This document shows positions 38,584 to 51,604 of a stretch of DNA of 64,000 bases, one piece after another (position 1 is the first letter of the stretch; each line of letters starts with the position of its first letter). Origin of the DNA: Squalus acanthias (taxonomy: Eukaryota); contig CM059425.1 in assembly GCA_030390025.1 (NCBI GenBank), forward strand, positions 170,254,001-170,318,000, read 5' to 3'. Both the position numbers and the translations under genes were made by a program. Below the pieces are notes generated by a model. It searched no databases and was not told the DNA's origin. It saw only the letters and a program-made list of their open reading frames with translations.

Positions 38584-38684
38584 TCACTGTACACCCATAT
38601 GCGGAGATGCCGGTGTTGGACTGGGGTGGACAAAAATGAGAAGTCGCACAACACCAGTTATAGTCCAACAGTTTTATTTAAAAT

Positions 38685-38720
38685 TACGAGCTTTCGGAGC
38701 TGCTGCTCCTTCGTCAGGTA
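38685..38720 (-). ncRNA. Minimal type I hammerhead ribozyme (Penelope family 2)
   Basis: TAC-CTGACGA-A-GGAGC-agca-GCTCC-GAAA-GC-T-C-GTA; CUC cleavage triplet. Confidence 0.78.
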
Positions 38721-38944
38721 GAGGTACAGTGAGGGAATCTAATACACAATATATATACACAGAGAGCGACTTGTCTGCAGAGATACAATCCGTCAGGAAG
38801 GCACTACATCAAAGACACATCAGAGCACAGCCAAGACAATGAGGTGGGTCACAGGGGGTCCAACGTGTCAAATGCTGCCGTCTGCAGTTGAGCTCCTAAC
38901 ATTTTTTTTTTTTATAAACTGGAAAGACAGACAACGATGTCGCG

Positions 38945-40285
38945 TCACGTTCTGTAGCGTGACATGAACCCGAGATCCCTATTGAGGCCGTCCTCATGGG
39001 TGCGGAACTTGACTATCAGTTTCTGCTCGATGATTTTGCGTTGTCGTGTGTCTCGAAGGCTGCCTTGGAAAACGCTAACCCGCAGATCCGAGGCTGAATG
39101 TCCTTGACTGCTGAAGTGTTCCCCGACTGGGAGGTAACAATCCTGCCTGCCGATTGTTGCGCAGTGTCCGTTCATACGTTGTCTCAGTGTCTGCATGGTC
39201 TCGCCGATGTACCATGCTCTGGGGCATCCTTTCCTGCAACGTATGAGGTAGACAACGTTGGCCGAGTCACATGAGTATGTACCATGTACCTGGTGGGTAG
39301 TGTCCTCATGTGTGATGATGGTATCTGTGTTGATGATCTGGCATGTCTTGCAGAGGTTGCCGTGGCAGGGTTGTGTGGTGTCGTGGTCGCTGTTCTCCTG
39401 ACAGCTGGGTAATTTGCTGCGAACTATGGTACTTTTGAGGTTAGGCGGCTGCTTGAAGGCGAGTAGTGGAGGCGTGGGGATGGCCTTAGCAAGGTGTTCG
39501 TCGTCATCGATGACATGTTGAAGGCTGCGAAGAACATGGGGTAGTTTCTCCGCTCTGGGGAAGTACTGGACGACGTAGGGTACTCTGTTGGTTGTGTCCC
39601 GTGTTCGCCTTCTGAGGAGGTCTATGCGGCTTTTCGCTGTGGCCCGTCGGAACTGTCGATCGACGAGTCGAGCGTCATATCCCGTTCTTACGAGGGCGTC
39701 TTTCAGCGTCCGTAGGTGTCCATCGCGTTCCTCCTCGTCTGAGCAGATCCTGTGTATTCGCAGGGCTTGTCCATAGGGGATGGCTTCTTTAATGTGGTTA
39801 GGGTGGAAGCTGGAGAAGTGGAGCATCGTGAGGTTGTCCGTGGGCTTGCGGTAGAGTGAAGTGCTGAGGTGTCCGTCTTTGATGGAGAGTCGTGTGTCCA
39901 AGAATGAAACCGATTCTGAGGAGTAGTCCATGGTGAGTTTGATGGTGGGATGGAACCTGTTGATGTTATCGTGTAGTCCTTTCAGTGATCCTTCGCCATG
40001 GGTCCAAAAGAAGAAGATGTCGTCGATGTATCTGGTGTACAGCGTTGGTTGGAGGTCCTGTGCAGCGAAGAAGTCTTGCTCGAACTTGTGCATGAAGATG
40101 TTGGCGTATTGGGGTGCGAATTTGGTCCCCATGGCTGTTCCGTGTGTTTGGGTAAAAAACTGGTTGTCGAAGGTGAAGACATTGTGGTCAAGGATGAAGC
40201 GGATGAGTTGTAGGATGGCGTCTGGAGATTGGCTGTTGTTGGTGTTGAGTACTGAGGCTGTCGCAGCGATGCCGTCATCCCCCAC
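38945..40285 (-). CDS. Penelope RT C-half plus GIY-YIG endonuclease (5'-truncated, uninterrupted frame)
   Basis: GTAMG..FAP.YANIFM, RYIDDIF, FLD, LYRKPTD, PC...CKTC, VVYLIRC...YIGET..LR.RM.GH, GLNRD.G. Confidence 0.85.
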   Translation of the reverse strand: MGDDGIAATASVLNTNNSQSPDAILQLIRFILDHNVFTFDNQFFTQTHGTAMGTKFAPQYANIFMHKFEQDFFAAQDLQPTLYTRYIDDIFFFWTHGEGSLKGLHDNINRFHPTIKLTMDYSSESVSFLDTRLSIKDGHLSTSLYRKPTDNLTMLHFSSFHPNHIKEAIPYGQALRIHRICSDEEERDGHLRTLKDALVRTGYDARLVDRQFRRATAKSRIDLLRRRTRDTTNRVPYVVQYFPRAEKLPHVLRSLQHVIDDDEHLAKAIPTPPLLAFKQPPNLKSTIVRSKLPSCQENSDHDTTQPCHGNLCKTCQIINTDTIITHEDTTHQVHGTYSCDSANVVYLIRCRKGCPRAWYIGETMQTLRQRMNGHCATIGRQDCYLPVGEHFSSQGHSASDLRVSVFQGSLRDTRQRKIIEQKLIVKFRTHEDGLNRDLGFMSRYRT

Positions 40286-40402
40286 GATGACGGCATCACT
40301 GCAACATTAACGGAAACTTGACATTAACATTGATTAAAACACCCTTGTGAATCTACTTGTGTGTCAGCTTTCTCTTCCACATGCTTCTATGAGGTGCTAC
40401 CC

Positions 40403-42233
40403 CTATGGCTTCAGCAGAGGTAGAGGCAGTCTGCTCACTTCCCTGCTGCGACTGCTTAGACATTCTTGGAGGACATCATCTGGGTTATGGAGCCTGTGAT
40501 GACCCCACCAAAGTCTGCTCCTCCTGCGACTGTGCAGGGGCAGACTTGGCCATCGCGATCTGAGGATCCATCTGGGGCTCTGATTGAGGGGGTGGCAACG
40601 AGGGAGAAGTGTAAGAGCTTTGAGAGGAGCCCACACTTCCATGTCCCCTCTCACCATCATCCCTCTCATGGGCCACCTGCACTTCCCTGCTAGCAAGGAG
40701 CTAGAGAGCATCTTGCTGCACAGCAGTGGGGCCATGAGAACCCACGTCTATGCTTACATCCCTCCTAGAGAGGACATTTATGAGCCTCTGCTATCTATTC
40801 TCCATGGAGACCATGTGCTCCTGAGAGTGGCGCATTAGCTTCTCCATGTAGATGGTCATCCTATCCATGGAAGAGCCTGCAGTCACCATCGCCTGTGACA
40901 TGGTGGTGCTCATGTTGGAGATGGACTCCTCCATTCTTTGAACATTTGCAAACATCGCAGTCACAAAACATGTCAGAGCCCCCTGCACTTCGTCCTGCAC
41001 CTCCAGGATCGCCCTCTTTCAGGATGGCCCCCAAGTCTCAACGTCTGCATGCAGCTGAGCAGAGCTAGGATCGTCCTGCGCCCTCCGGCGAGGACTTTCC
41101 ACTGCTGTCCCTGTCTCTACCATCTGCTCTTGCTCACTTGTGACTTGTGATGGACCCAGTGACAACACTACTCTATCTCGCATGGGACCCACCAAGGTGT
41201 GCATCTCAGCGCTGGTGCTGGGTGCGCTTATGTCTGGTGAAGCTGCGCCCTCAGAGGCTGGAGGCTCCTATGAAGAGTCGTCTTCCTCTTCCTCCTGTAC
41301 AGTGGAGGGGCATCTTGATGGACCTGTGGGGGAGTAAAGAGATGAGTTAAATATGTCATATGAATACAGATACCATTATGCGCATGATGAACATTCAGTG
41401 GCTGATGACATCAGTCCCCATAGGAGTGACTGAAGTAGGCCATGTAGCTGTATGATATGTAATTCTGTCACCAGGTTGCTGAGATGTCCCCCTCTCTCCA
41501 TCTCCCACCTCCAGCTACTTGGCGACTCCAAAACTTCTAAGGCAGCCTCCTCTGCTGTTGTAAGGGTGGCAAATAATGGAGGGCCATCTCCGGTTCTCTC
41601 CCTCTCCCTCTTATTGTGGGCTCTCATTTCCTGCAAGGAGGTAAAGAAGCGAAGGTTGAGTGAGAGTGATGGAATGAGTGTAAGGAATGGATGGGTTACA
41701 TATTTAGAGGGAGACTATAATGGAGTGGGGTGGCAAAACCAAGTGGCCTCCTTGTGTGTTGTTAGTTGGTATGATTGCATTAGGATGAGGGTGAGTGTGA
41801 GGGGTGACTAGTAAGATGGGGATGTGATAATGTAGATAGAGAGAGGGATGGGTGGATGTGTAAGGTATGTTGGTGTGAGTAATGATGTGCAGGAGTAAGG
41901 TTGGGAAGGCAGAGTGACGGGGATGTGATGAGAGGCACAGCAGGATGAAGTTGAGTGTGGCTTTGTACTCACCTTTCCTGATCTAATGAGATCATTGAAA
42001 CGTTTCCGGCACTGCACCCAGGTCCACCTGACCACATCCCTGCTGTTGACCTCCTCTGCAATTTGGAGCCAGGCTCTTTTTGTCTCCTGGGGAGGCCTCT
42101 TCCATCTATTCGAAGGGAAGAAGACCTCCCTGCATGTTCTGACTCCCTCCACAAGCATATGGAGGGAGCCATCAGAGAACCTGGGTGCAGCCCTCTGCCT
42201 CTGTGCAGTCATCTCTCCAACTGTTTGGAGCAA
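40403..42233 (-). pseudogene. Harbinger Myb/SANT-like gene, 3 exons (~42233-41973, 41630-41472, 41323-40403)
   Basis: RAAPRFSD..L..LVEGV....FF.....W..IAEEVN...WVQCRKRFNDL |gtgagt ... ttgcag| EMRAHNKRERERTGDGP..LTTAEE. Confidence 0.8.
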
Positions 42234-42550
42234 TCAAAACCTCCAGTGTGCTGCCTGCACTCTCCTAGATGAACCTTCAAATGCAATGTGGCCACGGCTC
42301 CTTTAAATATCCCGGCTGAAAACGCGCCATCGATGACGTCATCAGACCGCACCATTTAATAGGGCCGGGTAACGCGCAGGGCAGGCTTAATAGGCCCCAC
42401 TAGCGCAAAGTCGATCTCAGCAGCGGGATGGAAGCAAGAATGGGGTCGTGACCCGCCACGCCGACCGCCCGCACCTCACCCGCCCAGGTACAAAAAACTC
42501 CGGCCATAGACTTTGAGGAGATTTGAAGTAATTAAAGAATTAGACTATAA

Positions 42551-43450
42551 GGGGGAAAAATTGTGGAGTGCCCCTCCCCTACAGATTCAGTAGTAGGGCC
42601 CCAAGAAAGAGGTGGCGCGCTACTGGAAGCGCTCCACCTCTTTCTTGGGGCTCTACTACTCAATGTCGCGGCACTGTGGCTGCACATAGCGCCATGTCAT
42701 TGCAGGCCTCCACCCCTGATTAAAGAGGAGGGGACTAGCGCTGCGCGCACTGGGGCCCTGCTGAACCACCGGGGAGTGGGGTGCAATGGAACCAGCCCGG
42801 CACTCAAGAGGAGTGCTGGGCTGAGCGATCACGGCCGGCACCCTGCTTGCAAATGTGAAAGGGGGCAGGGGCTGTCAGTCGGCCAAAATAAAAATGGGGC
42901 GCTGCGCACGGCGATGATGTCATCATTAGGGCTAGAAATTGGGTTGCTTTGCACCTCTCGTTAGCGCCCCCGGGGGGCACTATCGGGGCACAAATGCCCT
43001 AGTGTCCGGGTGTGGCACCGCGAGTGCCTTCCGTGAAATTCAGCGGGAGGTTAGCAGCAGTACTAGCCGGTAGCGCCCGCTCTGCTGCGCCAGCGATGAT
43101 GACCTCATTGCCGTGCGCAGCGCCCCATTTGCGCCCCGGCCACAAACTTCCCTTGCGCCCCCTGATCTATCGCCGGGCGATGGGACCGACAGGATCAGGG
43201 GGCAGTTTTACACCGGCGGTAGCGGGCGGCGGCACTACTTAAAGGGCAGGTGTCGGGCGGCCATTTTTATTTTGTCCGACTGCCAGCACCTGCCCCCTTT
43301 CACATTTGTATACGGGGTGCCGGTTGAGATCGTTCAGCCCGGCACTCCTCTTGAGTGCCAGGCTGTTTCCACGGCACCCCGCTCCCCGGTGGTCCAGCAG
43401 GGCCCCGGTGCATGCAGCACTCGGCCCCTCCCCTTTAATCAGGGTCAATC
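42551..43450. mobile_element. Two related Harbinger-type MITE pieces in opposite orientation (the second begins at 42929)
   Basis: TAA|GGGGGAAAAATTG and TTA|GGGCTAGAAATTGG starts; ~42712-42897 is a diverged reverse complement of ~43261-43445. Confidence 0.7.
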
Positions 43451-43509
43451 GCAGATAAGACCATCTCTGACCACTTCCTCGTATCGTTCTCCACCCACAC
43501 CCCCCTTCC

Positions 43510-45510
43510 AACCGCCCCCCCCAACAAACCCACTTCCTTCTGTGTCAGCCCCTGGAAAAAACTCTCTCCCATCTCTCTTACAACTGCACTTATGAAATCC
43601 CAATTGTCCATCCTTTGGCCCTCCGTTCACCATGACATTTCTGCAGCTACCAATTTTCTCAACCACACCCTCACCACCACCTTTGATGCCCTATTCCCTA
43701 TTAAAACAATTACTCTCTCTCACCCTGGCCGCTCCCCCTGGTACGGCCCTCATCTCCGCTCCCTCAAGTCACAGACTTGAACAGATATCGCGGACCACTG
43801 GTTTAGCCAAGGTTCCCCCCTGCCCTAGCCCTGAACTCACATCTTTCTCTAGTTTCTCTCTGATCTCCCCTCTTGACCTCTCCGCGCTCATCTTGTCCAT
43901 GAGACCCACTTCCTGCTCCCTCGAACCTATTCCCACCAAACTGCTGACCACACAACTTCCTTTTCTGGCACCCATGTTAGCTGACATTGCTAATGGTTCT
44001 CGCTCCTCAGGTACTGTCGCCCTCTTGATCAAATCTGCCATCATCACCCCTCTCCTCAAAAAACTAACCCTTGATCCTTCTGTCCTTGCAAACTTCCGCC
44101 CCATCTCCAACCTCCCTTTCCTCTCCAAAGTCTTTGAACGTGTTGTCACCTCCCAAATCCGTACCCATCTTTCCTGCAATTCCATGTTTGAATTCCTCCA
44201 ATCAGGTTTCTGCCCTTGCCACAGTACCGAAATGGCTCTCATCAAAGTCACAAATGACATCCTTTGTGACTGTGACAAAGGTAAACTATCCCTCCTCATC
44301 CTTCTTAACTTGTCTGCAGCCTTTGACACGGTTGACCACTCCATCCTTCTCCACCGTCTCTCCACCGTCGTCCAGCTGGGTGGGCTGCACTCGTCTGGTT
44401 CCATTCTTATCTATCTAATCGTAGCCAGCGGATCACCTGCAACGGCTTTTCTTCCCACTCCCGCATCGTTATCTCTGGTGTCCCCCAAGGATCTATCATT
44501 GGCCCCCCTCCTATTGCTCATCTACATGTTGCTCCTTGGCGACATCTTCCGAAAACACAGCATCAGTTTCCACATGTACGCTGACGACACCCAGCTCTAC
44601 CTCACTACCTCTTCTCTCGACCCCTCCACGGTTTCTAAATTGTCAGACTGCTTGTCCGACATCCAGTTCTGGATGAGCAGAAATTTTCTCCAATTAAATA
44701 TTGGGAAGACTGAAGCCATTGTTTTCGGTCCGTGCCACAAACTCCGTTCCCTAGCCACTGACTCCATCCCTTTCCCGAACATCTGTCTGAGGCTGAACCA
44801 CACTGTTCGCAACTTTGATGTCATATTTGACCCTGAAATGAGCTTCCGACCACACATCCGCAGCATAACTAGGACTGCCTATTTCCACCTCCGTAACATC
44901 ACCCGTCTCCGCCCTTGCCTCAGCTCATCTGCTGCTGAAACCCTCATCCATGCCTTTGTTACCTCTAGACTTGACTATTCCAACGCACTCCTGGCTGGCC
45001 TCCCATATTCTATCCTACATAAACTTGAGGTCATCCAAAACTCAGCTGCCCATGTCCTAACTCACACCAAATTCCATTCACCCATCACCTCTGTGCTCGC
45101 TGACTTCCATTGGCTCCCAGTTAAGCAACGCCTCGATTTCAAAATTCTCATCCTTGTTCTCAAATCCCTCCATGGCCTCGCCCCTCCCTATCTCTGTAAT
45201 CTCCTTCAGCCCCACAACACCTCCCCCCACCCCCCCCAAGAGAGCTGCGCTCCTCTAATTCTGCCCTCTTGAGCATCCCTGATTATAATCGCTCAACCAT
45301 TGGTGGCCATGCCTTCTGTTGCCTAGGCCCTATGCTCTGGAGTTCCCTGCCTAAACCTCTCCGCCTCGCTACCTCTCTTTCCTTCTTTAAGACGCTCCTT
45401 AAAACCTACCTCTTTGACCAAACTTTTGGTCACCTGCCCTAATTTCTCCTTATGTGGCTCGGTGTGAATTTTTTTGTCTTTTAATACTCCTGTGAAGCGC
45501 CTTGGGAGGA
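43510..45510 (+). mobile_element. L2 LINE, 5'-truncated with internal deletions
   Basis: ORF 43632-45272: NFRPISNLPFLSKV.E, QSGF...HSTE.AL, LSAAFDTVDH, HMYADDTQLY, NFLQLN..KTE, SRLDYSNALL. Confidence 0.95.
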
Positions 45511-45673
45511 TAGATTCCTATTCCTTAAACATTAAATTCTATTAAAAAACATGTATGATCTCGCACATGAACATTTCTTCAGTAAAAATAACTAAATGAG
45601 CATATTGCCCAACATTTTGCATATAGGCTTACCTAAACAACCACATGATTTATAAGGTCTTTTGTGATATATA

Positions 45674-46412
45674 GGGCTGGATTTTGCTGTAAAAATACCA
45701 GTGAAGCTAACAGCACTCACTGTTATTTATGTGCAAATCGGACAGCAACTTCCAGCTACTGCACATGCGCAGTTAAACGCAAAAATCCGGAGGTTGCTGT
45801 CCAAGGAACCCTGCTCCTCCAAAAGCTTCCCAAAAATGGCATCTCGCCATCTGACTCACCATTTAAATACATTGAACGGTGCGAAGTTAGTGTAGTTATC
45901 TCATAGATACGGATTAAACTAGCCAGAAAAAGTTAGGGCTTTTCCATTCCAGTGTAACTACCCGTTTAACCTCTCTAGCACTGAAAATTAACTTTTAAAA
46001 GTGTGGAGTCTCATTCCTTCAGCTTTTGATTATTGTTGGAGATTTTTAAAAAACTTTTTTTTTACTTTTTCTTTCTCTCTTTTAGCTCTCACTTAATCCA
46101 ATCTTTCTTTCCCTCTCTTTATTTTGTTTTCTGTACCTGATTTGACATTGAATTCAATATTCTAACCTTACACCTCCTGGTTCAGACTCTGCGCTGCTTA
46201 TTAACCATTCTTCAATCTGATTGGTTAAGGAGATGCACAGTTGCTTGCTCTGTTCACACAGGTCCCAGATGCTCTGTAGAGGGCGCTGCACTGTTTGGAT
46301 GGTTGGCTGACAGGAACTTGCCATGTAAAAGCCCATAGAATGTCTATGGGCAAATGCAAGTCTAACCAACGGCTGGTGCCATTCTTTCGCCACTCAGAGC
46401 AAAATCCAGCCC
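45674..46412 (+). mobile_element. Harbinger-type MITE family C, copy 1
   Basis: Perfect 15-bp TIR GGGCTGGATTTTGCT; flanks ATA / ATT. Confidence 0.85.
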
Positions 46413-47439
46413 ATTATACATTAGAGTTGAGAGCTGAATCAGTTTAGTATCCAAAGTGATTACAAAGCATTTCAAATTCAATTCAAATCCATAGAAACAC
46501 AGGAAGATAAGGACATGAAAAGGCTTTGTTATCCATCTGGCCAGAACCATAAAGTAATACCCCACATTCGCCTACTCCCTCAAATATCTAAAATAACAAA
46601 AAGGAAATGCTGGAAGTATACAGCAGGTCAAGCAGCACCTGTAAAGAGAAAATACAGGTTGTTGGCATCTCAGGTGTGTAATTCTGCATCGGAACCCAAA
46701 TATCCTTCAAATTCTCCCTAAAATATTTATATTTCAATCACTTCAACTGTCTTCCTAGGCAGTGTGTTCCACACATTCACCACCCTCTGTATAAAGTAGT
46801 TAAAACTGTCTGTGCACATTCCCTCTTCTAATCTTGAACCTGTGTCTCTAGGTTATGGAACGCCTGAGTTTTGTCCAATTCAAATGGCAGTCTGGTGAAG
46901 AAGCATCCAAACAGTGCCAGTCTTGAATGTATGTGCCCATTTTCTGTCAGTCAAGGAAAACCTGATTCTAGGTATTGCAGGTTTGAAGTACATCTTATTT
47001 CTTCGTTGATGTTGATCGGTCGATTGGTCCCAGAGTGTCTTTATCTATTTCATGGTATTATAGGGCTGAGTTTATCTATTTTTCCTAATGATATGATAGG
47101 GAAATAAGCAGATTAGCCTGAGATAGATCACGGACAAGAAAAGTTGAAGACACTTGACTTCCACCCACCCACAGTTGGCTTCAAACTGCTTCTATTTAAT
47201 ATTTACACTAACTGCCAATGATATCATTAAGTATAATTATCAAGCCATTATGTAAAGTATCATATTTAAAACCCGATTCTCTGAGACTTTATTCCCCAGA
47301 GACCACATTTTGCAAAGGTAATATTTTGATATATCATATTTCTTGCAATTCAAAAACCCACACTCTATCAAAACCACATAGTAATGTTAATGAAACTCAT
47401 GGAAAAAAATGTGGATGTAGTTGAACCATACAGAGTAAT

Positions 47440-47602
47440 GGGGTAATTTAAACTTAACCCACCCAGCAGGAAAATGACGGGATCAGATTGGCAGCCCGTT
47501 TTATATCCTGCCCGATTTTAGTTTCCATTGGTTGGGGTGTAAAATGGGCATCTGATCCAATCCTGTCAGTTTTTCACCAGCAGGTAAGGTTAAAATGACC
47601 CC
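47440..47602. mobile_element. Small palindromic MITE; related degenerate copies may lie at ~16582-16690 and ~17755-17925
   Basis: GGGGTAATTT...AAATGACCCC with internal complementarity across most of its length. Confidence 0.55.
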
Positions 47603-47609
47603 CAAAGAA

Positions 47610-47830
47610 GATCCCACATTAGCTGATCTCAGCCAGAGAACTGAGAAGGAAGCAACTCACTTCAGTGCCCTTGGGTTAGGGAGGAAAAAATTGTCCAAGG
47701 TTCCTTCTGCTGATCACTATTCAGTGATCCTTACTGGGAGGTCTGATTGTCCAGATGTTGGCATGAAGAGAGGATTGGACTCAGATGTGATGTCTCCCCC
47801 CAATATGACTGAATAACCTGCAAACATTTA
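47610..47830 (+). mobile_element. Deu-type SINE fragment, interrupted by Harbinger copy 2
   Basis: Homologous to the reverse complements of 23290-23400 and 21510-21570; appears to resume as TAGGTTCACA at 51605. Confidence 0.55.
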
Positions 47831-50800
47831 GGCCTAGAATTTCATTTGCCCTCAAAAACGGGCGCAGAGATCGTGATGCGCTAGCATTCGTGTCCATTCG
47901 GAGGACTGCAAGCAGCACTCGAATTTTGTGCTGGCCGCTCATTTCCATGATTGCTGAGTGGCTAAATGTTCAGCAGAGGTCCCAAGTTCATGCAAAGCTA
48001 GCACCAATTAAAGCTAGCCTGCACTACTTAAAGGCAGTCTGCACCTCTTAAAGGGGAGGTGCATTCTGCCTGCAGCAGATCATTGAATTGGTTGAGGCAG
48101 ACAGTGGAAAGCATCTATTAATGATGACACAACAGGGGAGAGAGCCTGTACCAAGGTTCTCCGAAGTAGCACTGGAGGCCTTGGTGCAGGAGGTCAATAG
48201 GAGGAGAGAGATCCTCTTTCCACAGGGGGCTGGAAGGCCCTCCAGGCAACAGAGCAAAGTACAGTGGGAGCAGGTAGCCACTGTGGTAAATGCCAGCAGT
48301 GTAGCCCCGAGGATCTGGACACAGTGCAGGAAGAAGTTTAGTGACCTCACATGAGTGGTCAAAGTCAGTAAATTCATCTTCAAATGCCATATGCCACCAC
48401 CTGCACCACTAACCTCACACAATGCTCAATGTACCACACCCCCATCACTCACCTACCAACAATCTCTATCAATCACGATTCATACCTCACATTCCCATGC
48501 TCTATCTCACACACTTACCACTACTGCAAGCCTCACACCCACATCTCACAGCTTGCACACACTGTCAGCTATTCAACCATGACAGGCACATCACCAAAAC
48601 ACATTGCACCAGACTCACTGACAAATGTCCCTTTCTCTTGCAGAAAAAGGTGGCGCATAACAGTGCCAGCAGAACCTAACCGCGCGGGGGACAGGCCCGT
48701 CTGCATCACCTTAGCCCTATGGAGGAGATGGTGCTGGCCATTCTTGGGAGGGGCATGGCTGAGCAAGTGGCGAGCAGTGGGGTGGAAAGAGTACAAGATG
48801 CCAGTAACCTCATACCTTCTTACATACCACTTCACCCTCAGCACACAATCTCTTCTGATTTACAAGCTGCACATGGTGTAAGCATTCATCTCTTGCTTTC
48901 CCCCACTCTCCTCAGCACAATCCTACCCTTGTGTCTTTCTCATTTCAGAGACCCAAGAAATCCCACCTGCCCAGCCAGTGGTTGAAGAAGAACAGGGAGA
49001 GGAGAGTGATGGAGAAGAAGAGACACCGTCACTCAATCTGACAGTCGCAGCCACCAGCTCAGATACTGGCACTGCGCGAAGTTTAAAGGCTAGCTTAGAG
49101 GTGGGAGCTGCATGTGGTGAGTCACTGGGCACAAGTGGACTACAGTCAGGCGGGGGAAAGGGTAGCGCAGTTGTAGCTCCCCAGAGGGCGAAGTCGCACA
49201 CGAGTTCTGCTCCAGAGGCCTCAGTTGAGGACTTTGATGGGGCAGCCTACAGAAGAACACTGATGGGTATGCACAACAAAATGCTTGGTGCATTGGCAAG
49301 CCTGCCAGAAAGCCTGAGTGCAATGTCAAGGAGCATGACGCGGACCTTGTACGTGGCTTTGCGCAGAGCTTGGAGCCCATCCTTTTCAGCATGGAAAGGG
49401 TGGGCAGATCCTTTCACGCACTTGTGGACCCAACCATCGTGCAGCATCTGATGGTCGATGTCTCAGCTTCCATTGCAGCACAAGCGCAAGGCATCCTACA
49501 TCTGAGTGTTGCAGTGGAAGCTTAGACTGAAATCATGCAAGCTCAGACTGTTCTCCTGCAGGCTCAGCTTGCTGCTACGCAAGCTCAGACTGCTGCCATC
49601 ATGGCTGGGTTTACAAGTGTGGAAAGGGGCTTGCAGGGTGTCGCAGTAAACCAGCAACCTGTCCTCCAACAGATTACTAGGAATGCTGAGGCGCCGCCCC
49701 GGTGGAGTGGCAGTGGCTTCATGGAGGACGAACCTGCGGTCCTCTTTCAGGATGACAGCATTCGTCCTCCCACCACTGACACTCCGCCAGTGCCCTTGCT
49801 GTTGTCTGTCAGCCAGCCAGCCCAGACTGCTGCCACCCATGCCGAGGTGGTGCAGTCCGCAGCCGTGGTGCTTGAGGTGCTCGAGGTCATCCTGCAAGGC
49901 CATCTGCAGTCTCCCTCACTGAAAGTCAGCAACCTTACACAAGCCATGCTGCAGCCACTGGGGTAGCACTTCATAGCAGCACTAGGAGAGACAAAGGCAC
50001 ATTGAAGACAGGCAGCATGGCTCTCATTATATGCATGCTGCCCACTTGTGGTAGGATTGCAGAACGGAGTCAGGAGCCAGGTGGAGGGGTACAGTGGACT
50101 TGTGTAGAATGAAAGCATCATCTCTGCTGCCAGGATACCAGGCATTCACCATCGTGATGTGCTGCGCATGGTCGCACACCAACTGCACATTCAGCGAATG
50201 ATAACCTTTGCGGTTGCGGTACATCTCCACATTTGAATGCGGTGCCCGCAAAGGCACGTGCGTGCAGTTGATGGCGCCCTGCACCATGGGGAAGCCCATT
50301 ATCATGGCAAAGTCACGTGCATGATTTGCCTGCTTCCCCTGGCTGGAGTGTCTAGAACTAGGGGGCATAGACTCAGGATAAGGGGTAGGCCATTTAAGAC
50401 TGAGATTAGGAGGAATTTCTTCACTCAGAGGGTTGTGAATCTTTGAAATTCTCAGCCTCAGAGGGCTGTGAATGCTTAGTCTTTGAGTATATTCAAGGAT
50501 GAGATAGATAGATTGTTGGACTCTAGGGGAATCAAGGGATATGGAGATCGGGCGGGAAAGTGGAGTTGAGGTCGATGATCAGCCATGATCTTATTGAATG
50601 GCGGAGCAGGCTCAAGGGGCCATATGGCCTACTCCTGCTCTTATTTCTGATGTTCTTATGTTCTTTGATCAGAGAGAAGACAATGATGTTCCCTCTCCTG
50701 GCATAAAGAGCGTCTGTCACTTCTCTTATGCAGCAGTAGATGGCGAACTGGGAGATGTTACAGATGTCGTCTGCTCCAGCCTGGAAGGATCCCGACGTGA

Positions 50801-51604
50801 AGAAATTTAGGGCCATGGTCACCTTCACAGCCTCTGGCAGCACTGACCTAGCCCTGGAGTGAGGCTGCAGGTCTGGTTACAAGAGGTAGCAGAGTTCTGT
50901 GAGCACCTCCTTCATAAAGCGCTGATGCCTCACCCACTGCTCCTGGCTCAGGCTGAGGTAAGAGAATTGCTCTCGGAAGACCCTAGTTGGGTAAGGCCTC
51001 CTGCTGAAACCCCTTCTCCCCCTCTGCCTCCTCCTCGCTCTGCAAGCAGCTTGTCCTTTTCTTTGCTGTCTCTGCTCCATCTCCCTGTCATGCTGTAGGC
51101 CAAGTGGGATGACAACTAGAGCACCCATGACTGGGAGCAAGTGGTCTGACCAGAACACTTCAAGTCAGAACTAAAACCTTCTCCACTTGTAGCACCACTC
51201 CCTGTCATCTCACCAACATTAAACAACTCTGGAACACCCCAAACAGTTCCACAAACTTACACAGAGACAGTAGAAATTAATCAGCAACTCACCTGAGAGT
51301 GGTGAAACAAGGTGGGAGTCCTTGCAGCTGCTAAATGCATGTTCAGCTGTGCGAGGTTAACACAGGGCGTTACTTCCAGCATTGAGGACGAAAATAGCAG
51401 TGCTGGCGTCAATGATGTCATGATCTGCCTACTCTACATACTTCTGCCGCACGCTACCAGTGCCAACGCTAAAGCCCACACCAAGATGGTGTCTGGCACG
51501 GCCTGCACCAGAATTCTGCGCTTGCGGCTCGGACGCCATTTTCAACCCAAAATGGCACCCATAGTGCCCAAACAACGGGCGCTACGCAATCGAATTTTTA
51601 GCCC
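47831..51604. mobile_element. PIF/Harbinger transposon copy 2 (same family as copy 1), with a deletion joining the two ORF 3' ends
   Basis: Ends GGCCTAGAATTTC / GAATTTTTAGCCC; Myb gene 48124-~49990 (+; donor 48364, acceptors 48643 and 48948); transposase ~51128-50005 (-); nested CR1 end 50334-50662. Confidence 0.88.

Larger units (their letters stand above)
38590..40305 (-). mobile_element. Penelope-like element family 2, 5'-truncated, relatively young
   Basis: Open 446-aa frame, 3' terminus homologous to 3068-3195, and a short fold-back at the 5' junction (40263-40302). Confidence 0.92.
35930..42505. mobile_element. PIF/Harbinger transposon copy 3 (distinct family; transposase on +, Myb gene on -) with nested CR1 and Penelope
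   Basis: Ends GGCCGAAAT / ACTCCGGCC; TSD ATA (35927-35929 / 42506-42508); convergent ORFs. Confidence 0.8.
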
